A stretch of 24,766 nucleotides of DNA from assembly GCA_043812975.1 (NCBI GenBank), contig JBDRLP010000060.1, forward strand, positions 1 to 24,766, in the 5' to 3' direction. The notes below the pieces were generated by a model. That model was not told the origin of the DNA. It ran no database searches and worked only from the letters and a program-made list of their open reading frames with translations. Positions 17,235 through 24,766 of the stretch are shown here, in pieces (the stretch's first letter is position 1; the number at the start of each line of letters is the position of its first letter). Source of the DNA: Candidatus Iainarchaeum sp. (GTDB lineage Archaea > Iainarchaeota > Iainarchaeia > Iainarchaeales > Iainarchaeaceae). Position numbers and translations under genes: made by a program.

Positions 17235-20200
17235 TTACCTCCAGAAAACTTCCTTTGTAATTGTATCATATACTTTTATTTTAGATGTCCCTGGCATCTG
17301 GGGTAGTGCTTCTTGGATTGTAGACTCAATTTGGGTCTTTGTTAATTTTGTTCCCTTCTCTAGTTCAATCACTTGAATCCCTCCAGTGCCTAATGATTCA
17401 AATTTATTTTTTCTACTATCACTTAATAATTTCCCATATAAATTTTGTTCCGAAATTAACTCCCCTTCCATTTTTGTAGAATCAATCCAATAATCTTTTC
17501 CTCCTACTTTAATAAAATTGTCTGCATCTTTTCCGTCAGGTAAAAGCTTTTTAACTTCTACATTTTTTAATGTACCATCTGGATTAAGTTCTATTGCTTG
17601 TTTAACTAAGCTATCGTCAAATTCTCCACTTTTCTTCATTGCAATCATTATTGCATCGCCTTGTTCATCAGGGGATAGTTCAATATATTTGTGTAATCCT
17701 TTCTTTTCAACAGCACTCCAACTTTCTGCTCCAAGCCCTTTTACTGCTCTTCCTAGTGATTCAATATTTCTGAGTGGCATGTCTCCAAAGTCAGTTAGCA
17801 TTTTGAGTGTTGTTTCTAGTGTTGGTTTGCCTTGGCTTGTGAGGTGTATGAATGTTTTGGTTGATTCTACTGCGTCATCTGTTCTTTTTGCAATAAACTC
17901 TGCTGCGGTTCCGAGTAGATGTGGTGATTCTTCTATTGTTTTTAGTGCGGGTTTGAGTATTGGTTTTGGCACTAGTTTGCTTGCTTTTTTAAGTGAGACT
18001 TTGAATAGTGCCAGTCCGAAATCTACTCCTTCTCCTGGCACAAAGGACGCTCCAACGCTTAGGACTGCTGCTCCGTATGATGCTATGTCATAACCTGTTG
18101 CGACATGTATTATGCCACATACAAAGTGGTCTACTTCTGTTAGTGTAGATCCCTCTGTAATGTATTGCCAGACACACCTTCCTGAGTCAACTGCATCAGG
18201 AGCTAATTCAACTATTGGAATAACATTGCAGGTGATGTTTGTTGCGAATTCTGTTGCGTCCAAATCCTCGTCCAATCCAATGCATGCGGCCACGAAGTCG
18301 CCGAAGTTGTAGGCGTAGAATCTTTTGTCAACAATGTCCTGCCCTAATCTGTAAAGTGCGTCTTCTGGCATGGAGAGGCTTTCCTGTTTGATTATGAATG
18401 CGTATGATTTTTGCATTAGTATTGCATCGCCCCAGACATTTCTTCTAACCGAATAGTTTGCCATGCCTGTGTCGAAGAAGCGTTCGCAGCCAAGTGCATT
18501 GTTGTTCTCAAGCGTTCCAATCAAAATCAATGTTTTTCCAGCAAGTTTGTTGTTCAAAAATCCGGGTTCACAGGTTATTTCTGAAGATAAATATTCGTCT
18601 ATGCTGTTTACATTGTAGTTTGCTTGTATTTCTGTTTTGAGTGTGTTGATAATTGTTCTCAGTTTAGAGCCTTGCACAATATTATTCGGAATAACAAGTG
18701 CTACTCTCCGTTCCTCAAAAGTATTATCTGTTTCTCCAAATGAAGCGGTTGAATAAGTTGAGTATGCAATATCAGTAAAAATAGCAGGCGCTTCTTCGTT
18801 TCCAGCAATTGGAATCCTCGCTTGTGGCACAACATAATCATCTCCCACAATGAGTACGTGTTTGCAGTATTCGATTGGGCATCTTCCTTTGATGAAGCTG
18901 GAGATTTTTTGAACATAAGCATTAACTGTTCCTGTTGTTGGGTTTGAAAGTGTTTCTTTATAAGTACTCCAAACAGTAAAAGGAGAGCTACCAACCTCGT
19001 CCCTGTATTCACTTAAATCGTAAACCACTCCCTGGTTTTTGGAGGCTTTTAAATAAAGGGTTTGCATTAAAGCAGCAACCCTGGCTGGTTCCTCATAGCG
19101 TTGTTCGAGTTTTGAAGAATCGGTTACAATGATGGTTTGTGGTAATGACACGTTGATTGTTCTTGATGAAAAAGAATCAGGGGTGTTTACTTTGAAGTAA
19201 AAAGGTTTTTTTGGTGCTGAAGAACTGATTGTGAAATCACAATAATTGTTTCCGGGGGTTAGTGTTTTTGAGGTAAATGCAGTGCATTCAGTTCCTTCGA
19301 AAACTGATTCATCATACTCAAGGCTTACTGTTAAATCACTTGCCTGCCTGTTCACAAGATTAATTTGCAATTTATCTCCTCGTTGTTTGTAAACAGGCAA
19401 TCCCAGAGGAGATTCCTCAATTTCTATTGCAAACTGCTTCTGAGAACTGTCACAATAAGCAAGCCCTGAACCATTATCAACACAAATCCCTATTCCGCAG
19501 GATTCAAACTTAACCTTGTTTGAAAATGTTTCCCCGTCAAAATAACATGTTTCAACATTGCCTGTATTTGAATTGCAAGTGCTTTTTCCAAGCTCAGCAT
19601 CAGTGCAGGAATCATCTCCCGGATTAATACAGGCAGCATCCATGCACTCCTGATTTGGTGAACAAATGTTTTTCACAGGTGTTTCTGTTGTTGTTTCACA
19701 TGAACTCTGAACAGTTCCTTCGTTTAAGCAGGTTCTTGTTATTCTTTCCTGCATTACATTGCCATCAACTGCAGAACAATAAGGAGTATTTGTCCAGCCA
19801 GAATAACCGCAATCAGAATCATCATAACAGGTCACTGGATCAGGGTCACAGGTTCCTGTTTCCGCATTGCATATTTTATCCTCACAATCCTCTATTTTGG
19901 TTCCTTCATCAGAATCTATTGCTCCGGCACAATCACTTGAGTTTCCTGAACAGTACTGCTGGTCTGTAACAAGATAAACAGTTTTCCGTTTTGGCGAAGT
20001 GTTTGTTCCGCCCCTGCACTGGAAGAAAGTTCCTGTATTATTATTGCAAATGCTTGTGCTTGGCTTGAAAGTATTATAATTAAGGTTACAGCAAACCCCG
20101 GAAGCACATCCTTCTATTACTGTAAAAACATTGCTCTGTAAATACTCATTTTCAAACGGAGGAACTACACAAGAATAACTTGAGGAAGAATGACATGCAC

Positions 20201-22796
20201 CGTCATACAATTGTCCTGTGCATGAATCCCATGAGAATGCAGTTACATCATAATTCCCAATTGGTGCATCCGTTGGAACAATATAATCAAAGTAAACATC
20301 TTTCCCAACTGTTGACGGCTGCCAGTATTCCTGCGGGGCAGTATCACATGAATAAGAGTTGTTTTTTATGATTAAATTCCCGTGGTAAAAATCAGAATCA
20401 AATGCAATCGGGTTATTGTATTTTGCAATTAAGGTTATTGCTTTACCTTTTCCTATTTCCCCGTCAAGGTTTGTTCCTTCTGCCCTGACCTGAACAGGCC
20501 TTGAGATTTCTATTAAAAATTCTTTTTCTGGGTCAAAGCTTGTTGTTCCTTCAACAATCTCTAATTCTATTTGATGCGACAAAATGTAATCATTAATTGC
20601 TAAGAGGAGTTCTGCTGAATGTTTTCCTAATCCGAGTTGTTGTTGGTCAGCTGTGATAAATAAGTAAGACTCTGAATCAATGATGATTTCTTGTGGGTAA
20701 GAAACATGAAGCCATTCTTCAGTTATGTGGTCCCTTATTCTTGCTGTTTCTCCAGTGCTGTTAAAGAGCCTTATTTTTGCCTCGAACTTTTCATCATCCA
20801 GGCCGATTGTTACTATAGTAGGGTTTCTGGTTAGGGTTATTGTTTTTGGGTTAACCAAATCAATTTCCGCAAGAGCTTTATTGGCGTCTATTAAACCAAA
20901 CCCGTAAAGGTCATCTTTTCCTTTGACCCCTAAATCCAATGCACTTTTTGCCATTATGTTCCTTATTTCTCCAGGAGAAAGCAATGGGTTTTTTTCAAGC
21001 AATAATGCCGCTGTTCCTGATGCGAACGCAGCGCTCATTGATGTTCCGCTTTGTGTATTTGTTGAATCAAACAACCATGAACTTGTAATATTTTCTCCTG
21101 GTGCAACAAGATCCGGTTTTGCTCCATAATTTTGGATGTATCCTCTTGAAGAAAAACCTGAGTGTTTGTTTTGTTCATCCACAGAGCCTATTGTAAGCGC
21201 ATATTTTGAACTCCCTGGAAAAGTTAAACCAGTATACCCTTGGCATGAAGTGCTTGGTTGTTCATAACCACAGTTGCCGGAAGAAGTTACAATAAGAACG
21301 CCCATTGCTTCCGCTTCCATTATTGCTGTTTCGAGCGGTGAATTTTCAAAATCCCCTATTGCGCCGAAGCTCATATTGATTATGCGTGCTCCGTCGTTTG
21401 TTGAAATGTCATTATCCGGATTTAGAGCAAAATTTATCGCCGCTATTATTGAGGAAATGCTTCCTGAACCATTGCTGTTTAGTGCTTTTGCATTTATTAT
21501 TTTTGCATCAGGAGCAACTCCATTATAGTGTCCTCCATTACTCGTATTTCCGGATATTATTCCTGCTATGTGGGTTCCGTGACCGTGACCATCATCAGGG
21601 TTTCCTTCATCAGTGAAATCTGCTTTCGCGGAAATTTTCCCCGTGAGCATTGGGTTTGAATCATCAACCCCTGTATCAATTATCGCCACTCTAATGTTTC
21701 TTCCTGTAAAGCCAAGTTCTCTTGCATTTTGTGCTTTTACCTGAGGAATCGATTCGGTTAGAAGAATTTTTACTTTTTCATCCTTCACTATTCTTTTGGT
21801 TTCTGGAGCTGTTGCTAATTCAAATGCTTTATTTTCCGGCAGTTCAGCTACTACTATGTTTCCAATGTTTGCTGCAAATTTCACGGTTCCTCCGAGTGCT
21901 TTTATGTTGGCTGCTGTTTGAAGCAACTCTTCTTCACTTTGTGATTCTACTATTAATTGAGTTACGTTTGTGTTAGCTTCTGAGATTCCTGCTTTTACTT
22001 TGCCTGCGTTGTTTTGGGGTGACTTTGCTTGACTTAAAGACGGTGAAAGATTTCCTGTTTGGGCATCTGATGTGTCCACAAATGTTTGTGTACAGCCTAT
22101 ACAATTCTGTTCTATTTTTTCAAGTTTTTTCTGTAAAAATAATCCTAGTTTGCTTTTTCCTTTTCCGAAGAATTTTTCCTCCTCAGGAATTGGTTTTTTG
22201 GGTTCTTCCTGAACTGGCGGGTTAGGATTATTTGGTTCTTCATTTGGCGGTTCAGATTGAGGGTCTCCTCCAGAGGCGGAATTACTTGGTGAAGCATTAT
22301 CTGATCCACCAGATCCCCCTCCGCCCCCTCCTCCTCCGCAGGCTTTTTTCCAGTCCCTGCCGAGTTTCTGTGTGGTGAGTCTCATGTTGTAGCATTTTTC
22401 TGCTTTTGCTTTCAAAAAAGGATTCAGGTCATCAATGCATTTGCCGTACATCTGTCTCATTTCGGGGCAAGTTAGATTATTTGTTTTCTGTTGTGTTTGT
22501 CCTGTAACCGAATTTATAATTCTGTTTAAAGTGTTTGTCGATTTTTCTGTTTTAGGTATTTCGTAATTGTTCTCTTGATTTGAAATTTCTCTTGGTATTG
22601 CGTATTCCTCTTGGGAAAGATTTTCCTGTTGATCTGAATCTGCTGTGGGCAGGATTGTGAATCCAGTTATCTGTTCTATTGCAAAGCTTCCTATAAACAA
22701 GGTAACCAGTAACCCCAGTACTGCCAGAAGGCTGAGGGTTGTTATTAACCAGAATTTTTGCTTTTTTGTTCTGCCCGCTAGTTTTTTCAAGTTCAT
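17235..22796 (-). CDS. Membrane-anchored S8 subtilase megaprotein with Cys-rich region, C25-like N-subdomain and putative C-terminal toxin tip
   Basis: Triad IIDTG (Asp 21675-21677), HGTH (His 21579-21581), GTSM (Ser 21039-21041); N-terminal TM helix then ITGF; Gly/Pro linker. Start set at ATG 22796 (GGTGG upstream, TATA at 22836-22843). Confidence 0.88.
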   Translation of the reverse strand: MNLKKLAGRTKKQKFWLITTLSLLAVLGLLVTLFIGSFAIEQITGFTILPTADSDQQENLSQEEYAIPREISNQENNYEIPKTEKSTNTLNRIINSVTGQTQQKTNNLTCPEMRQMYGKCIDDLNPFLKAKAEKCYNMRLTTQKLGRDWKKACGGGGGGGGSGGSDNASPSNSASGGDPQSEPPNEEPNNPNPPVQEEPKKPIPEEEKFFGKGKSKLGLFLQKKLEKIEQNCIGCTQTFVDTSDAQTGNLSPSLSQAKSPQNNAGKVKAGISEANTNVTQLIVESQSEEELLQTAANIKALGGTVKFAANIGNIVVAELPENKAFELATAPETKRIVKDEKVKILLTESIPQVKAQNARELGFTGRNIRVAIIDTGVDDSNPMLTGKISAKADFTDEGNPDDGHGHGTHIAGIISGNTSNGGHYNGVAPDAKIINAKALNSNGSGSISSIIAAINFALNPDNDISTNDGARIINMSFGAIGDFENSPLETAIMEAEAMGVLIVTSSGNCGYEQPSTSCQGYTGLTFPGSSKYALTIGSVDEQNKHSGFSSRGYIQNYGAKPDLVAPGENITSSWLFDSTNTQSGTSMSAAFASGTAALLLEKNPLLSPGEIRNIMAKSALDLGVKGKDDLYGFGLIDANKALAEIDLVNPKTITLTRNPTIVTIGLDDEKFEAKIRLFNSTGETARIRDHITEEWLHVSYPQEIIIDSESYLFITADQQQLGLGKHSAELLLAINDYILSHQIELEIVEGTTSFDPEKEFLIEISRPVQVRAEGTNLDGEIGKGKAITLIAKYNNPIAFDSDFYHGNLIIKNNSYSCDTAPQEYWQPSTVGKDVYFDYIVPTDAPIGNYDVTAFSWDSCTGQLYDGACHSSSSYSCVVPPFENEYLQSNVFTVIEGCASGVCCNLNYNTFKPSTSICNNNTGTFFQCRGGTNTSPKRKTVYLVTDQQYCSGNSSDCAGAIDSDEGTKIEDCEDKICNAETGTCDPDPVTCYDDSDCGYSGWTNTPYCSAVDGNVMQERITRTCLNEGTVQSSCETTTETPVKNICSPNQECMDAACINPGDDSCTDAELGKSTCNSNTGNVETCYFDGETFSNKVKFESCGIGICVDNGSGLAYCDSSQKQFAIEIEESPLGLPVYKQRGDKLQINLVNRQASDLTVSLEYDESVFEGTECTAFTSKTLTPGNNYCDFTISSSAPKKPFYFKVNTPDSFSSRTINVSLPQTIIVTDSSKLEQRYEEPARVAALMQTLYLKASKNQGVVYDLSEYRDEVGSSPFTVWSTYKETLSNPTTGTVNAYVQKISSFIKGRCPIEYCKHVLIVGDDYVVPQARIPIAGNEEAPAIFTDIAYSTYSTASFGETDNTFEERRVALVIPNNIVQGSKLRTIINTLKTEIQANYNVNSIDEYLSSEITCEPGFLNNKLAGKTLILIGTLENNNALGCERFFDTGMANYSVRRNVWGDAILMQKSYAFIIKQESLSMPEDALYRLGQDIVDKRFYAYNFGDFVAACIGLDEDLDATEFATNITCNVIPIVELAPDAVDSGRCVWQYITEGSTLTEVDHFVCGIIHVATGYDIASYGAAVLSVGASFVPGEGVDFGLALFKVSLKKASKLVPKPILKPALKTIEESPHLLGTAAEFIAKRTDDAVESTKTFIHLTSQGKPTLETTLKMLTDFGDMPLRNIESLGRAVKGLGAESWSAVEKKGLHKYIELSPDEQGDAIMIAMKKSGEFDDSLVKQAIELNPDGTLKNVEVKKLLPDGKDADNFIKVGGKDYWIDSTKMEGELISEQNLYGKLLSDSRKNKFESLGTGGIQVIELEKGTKLTKTQIESTIQEALPQMPGTSKIKVYDTITKEVFWR

Positions 22797-22829
22797 TGGT
22801 TTCCCCACCAAAGTGAAATAATCCTGTTT

Positions 22830-22879
22830 CGAGTACTTATATACCTGCGGTTGATTGGGAATCAACTAAATGGTTGATT
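22830..22879 (-). promoter_or_regulatory. 50-bp promoter/operator cassette, copy A
   Basis: On +: CGAGTA..ATATACCTGCGGTTGATT-GGG-AATCAAC-TAAATG-GTTGATT; 44/50 identical to 23854-23903; contains minus-strand TATATAAG. Confidence 0.8.
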
Positions 22880-22882
22880 TTT

Positions 22883-23255
22883 TTATTTCACAAATTCTAC
22901 ATTTAGCAAACCGTAGAATTGTTTGTCGCCTGTGAGGAACTTTATTCCTAATTCTTTAGCCTGAATGTATCCTATGCAGTCGGTTATTGAGATTCTTTTT
23001 TCTGTTTTTATAGCGGAAATTCATTGCGTTTCTTATAATTTTAGAGTTGATTTGCATGGAAAACGGAGCATACTTATTAGTGTAAGTATACACTGTTTTT
23101 TTTCCTTGTGTTTTTAGGAGGCTGTAACAAAGTTCTGAAAGTATAAAATCATTAATGATTGGAGTTGCCGTGGTGAATTTTTTATAATTTGGATTTCCCT
23201 GCATAATTTCCATTATTGCATACGTATCAAATAGTAAAGTTTCCACAATAATCAT
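22883..23255 (-). pseudogene. vapC: Frameshifted PIN-domain toxin
   Basis: LLFDTYAIME...FRYKNRKK, then a shift in the A-run at about 22996-23001; the other frame continues ISITDCIGYIQAKELGIKFLTGDKQFYGLLNVEFVK* (TAA 22883-22885). Confidence 0.85.
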
Positions 23256-23359
23256 AATTCAATATCCAAATCCCTGTCTGTTTCCTTGAGTATTTTTTCA
23301 ACAGGTTTTTTGAATTTTAATGAACCAAATGTTTCTTTTAAGACATTTTTTTTCTTCAT
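23252..23359 (-). pseudogene. Truncated antitoxin (C-terminal half only)
   Basis: MKKKNVLKETFGSLKFKKPVEKILKETDRDLDIEL*; FGSL matches VFGSL of the 9075 antitoxin; ATGA overlap with vapC; no AbrB N-terminus. Confidence 0.6.
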
Positions 23360-23466
23360 AATAGGTTTACTTGATTATTGTTGATAATTCTTTCCTTCCC
23401 TGTGACAACTGCAGCAGCAATGCGGCCAATCAAGGCAATTACAGTAAAAGCAAGCCATTTAATCAC
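23356..23466 (-). CDS. Possible 36-aa hydrophobic peptide or truncated membrane-protein start
   Basis: GTG-started MIKWLAFTVIALIGRIAAAVVTGKERIINNNQVNLL*, overlapping both neighbours. Confidence 0.25.
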   Translation of the reverse strand: MIKWLAFTVIALIGRIAAAVVTGKERIINNNQVNLL

Positions 23467-23752
23467 TCACGCAAACAGCCCTGATTTCTTCAGTTTCTTT
23501 TCTTATTAGTTCGGAAAGCATTTCTTCAAAGTTTTTGACAAAATAAAAACCGAATTTTTCAGAAACTATTTTTCTTTCAACAAGATCATTAATTTCTATT
23601 ACTACTTCGCTTTCACTCAAACCTGTTTTTTTGGAAATATTATGTGCAGGTGCTGGTGTGTCGTTGTATAACTGTTTTAGTATTTTTGCCTGTTCTAAAT
23701 TTATTTTGTTTTGAACTGCTAACTTGTATAATGTTGTTTCAATGATGTTCAT
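23459..23752 (-). CDS. Small winged-helix protein (TrmB N-terminus-like)
   Basis: QAKILKQLY...PAHNISKKTGLSESEVVIEINDLVERKIV HTH pattern. Confidence 0.7.
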   Translation of the reverse strand: MNIIETTLYKLAVQNKINLEQAKILKQLYNDTPAPAHNISKKTGLSESEVVIEINDLVERKIVSEKFGFYFVKNFEEMLSELIRKETEEIRAVCVSD

Positions 23753-23835
23753 CCTTAAACCCCCGTAAATGGATGGGCCCCCTCTTTTGACGGAGGGGGT
23801 AGCGAGCAGAGACCGTCAATTGACTTAATCAATCT
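23753..23835 (-). promoter_or_regulatory. GC-rich structured 5' leader
   Basis: Competing stems 23778-23784/23793-23799, 23787-23793/23813-23819 and 23759-23764/23795-23800. Confidence 0.45.
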
Positions 23836-23853
23836 GCAATCAGAATCTTAGCG

Positions 23854-23903
23854 CGAGTATTAATATACCTGCGGTTGATTAACAATCAACCAAATGGTTG
23901 ATT
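23854..23903 (-). promoter_or_regulatory. 50-bp promoter/operator cassette, copy B
   Basis: Contains perfect AATCAACC-AAAT-GGTTGATT and minus-strand TATATTAA; 44/50 identical to copy A. Confidence 0.8.
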
Positions 23904-23946
23904 ATGAGAAAAGTAGTTTTCTAGTATATTTATTAATAAATTAAAT

Positions 23947-24237
23947 TTATGCATTTTTATCAAATCTTTTTTTGGGTTTTCTTGTAGTTATACTATCATC
24001 CACAGTAACATCAAATCCTTCTCTAGCGCTTTCTGTTAGAGTACCTTTTTGTCTTTTTCTTCTTTTTCTTATTAATGGAGCTGCTGGTCGTGGTTGTCCT
24101 GCTATTTCTGCATATTTGCTTGTTTCACCAGTAGGTTCTACACGAGGGTTTTCTTCAATAATTTGGTTGTGGGTCTTTGCTCCAAAAAAATTAAATCTCC
24201 CTAAAATTTTTCCTATTCTTCTACCCATTTCATTCAA
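23947..24237 (-). CDS. Hypothetical basic, probably disordered protein
   Basis: 96-aa ORF filling the intergenic space; no motif recognised. Confidence 0.45.
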   Translation of the reverse strand: MNEMGRRIGKILGRFNFFGAKTHNQIIEENPRVEPTGETSKYAEIAGQPRPAAPLIRKRRKRQKGTLTESAREGFDVTVDDSITTRKPKKRFDKNA

Positions 24238-24343
24238 CCACTAATTTATCATTTTTATTGAATCTTTAATGAAAAATGTGTTTCTGAAAAGAATGGGCAA
24301 AATACCTATTTAAACATGTTGTCAATCAATCTTTGCGATTCTT

Positions 24344-24766
24344 ATGGTTAGATTAACAGTTAAAGGGGCGTGTCAGGAAGTTGGAAGAAGTGCTTTTTTA
24401 GTGGATGATGGTGACAAAATCCTGCTTGATTATGGGGTTAAATTAACGCCTCATGGCACTGAGTATCCTTTGCCAATAAAAACAAATTTAAATGCAGCAA
24501 TAATTTCACACGCTCACTTGGACCATTCAGGAAATGTTCCTCACTTATTTCAGGAAACAAACTGTCTTGCTTACATGACTCCGCCAACACTTGACATTGC
24601 AAAGATTTTATGGTTTGACACTTTGAAAATCGCTGGTTTGGAAGGAATGGATGCTAATTTTTCAAGAGATGAAATCGCAAAAACAGAAAAATTCACTTTC
24701 CCTGTTGGTTACAACAAACCAATGGACATAACCGATAATACTTCAATGACTTTTTATGATGCCGGT
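24344..24766 (+). CDS. Beta-CASP/metallo-beta-lactamase RNase (aCPSF-like), 5' partial
   Basis: MVRLTVKGACQEVGRSAFLV...LLDYG...IISHAHLDHSG...TPPT...FYDAG; open to the window end. Confidence 0.92.
   Translation, partial: MVRLTVKGACQEVGRSAFLVDDGDKILLDYGVKLTPHGTEYPLPIKTNLNAAIISHAHLDHSGNVPHLFQETNCLAYMTPPTLDIAKILWFDTLKIAGLEGMDANFSRDEIAKTEKFTFPVGYNKPMDITDNTSMTFYDAG

Noticed and set aside
10536..22225. Many short + strand and nested ORFs (e.g. 17518-18093, 21274-21528, 13479-13826)
   Set aside because: Shadow frames of long, motif-bearing genes, with no recognisable motifs.
22797..22865. ORF-track N-terminal extension of the subtilase (also the 1812 start for UbiA and 7314 for paralog 3)
   Set aside because: The extensions run through promoter elements or upstream genes, and the downstream ATGs have better RBS or overlap context.
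23375..23458. Cys-rich peptide MACFYCNCLDWPHCCCSCHREGKNYQQ (minus strand), metallothionein- or RiPP-like
   Set aside because: TGC runs are the expected shifted reading of an Ala/Leu-rich frame (GCT GCT GCA), and no modifying enzymes are nearby. Not fully excluded, since its ATG directly follows the wHTH stop.
8984..23903. AATCAAC/GTTGATT as integron attC R boxes
   Set aside because: Imperfect fit to RYYYAAC/GTTRRRY, a 6-bp spacer far too short for attC, and no integrase in the window.
1..24766. tRNA, rRNA, transposase or integrase genes
   Set aside because: None recognised; the GC-rich intergenic patches lack cloverleaf or T-loop motifs.

Overview
AT-rich archaeal DNA. The TATA boxes, GGTGA/GGAGG ribosome-binding sites, KaiC/V4R pair, aCPSF-like nuclease and ITGF-type surface protein suggest a DPANN-like host (inference). 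Left to right: the 3' end of a PEP-utiliser mobile-domain gene; a + strand operon (KaiC/RAD55 ATPase, V4R protein, UbiA prenyltransferase, CbrA/GGR-like flavoprotein); a convergent, translationally coupled array of six diverged winged-helix regulators that share one recognition-helix motif (the last copy appears to start at ATA, and a decayed seventh lies at 152-285); two toxin-antitoxin pairs; a 12.4-kb minus-strand operon; a degraded vapBC pair; a small wHTH gene with a structured leader; and the 5' part of a beta-CASP/MBL RNase. The large operon encodes a membrane-anchored subtilase ending in a putative toxin tip, a candidate immunity gene, a 22-codon coupled micro-ORF, an RDD protein and a 1912-aa Cys-repeat/dockerin protein. 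Main hypotheses: (1) a palindrome AATCAAC-N6-GTTGATT at the promoters of the regulator array, the subtilase operon and the wHTH gene marks a regulon; (2) the subtilase is a protease-fused polymorphic toxin; (3) a gingipain (C25)-like domain seems split between the two giant proteins. All domain calls are by-eye motif recognition; no database searches were run.
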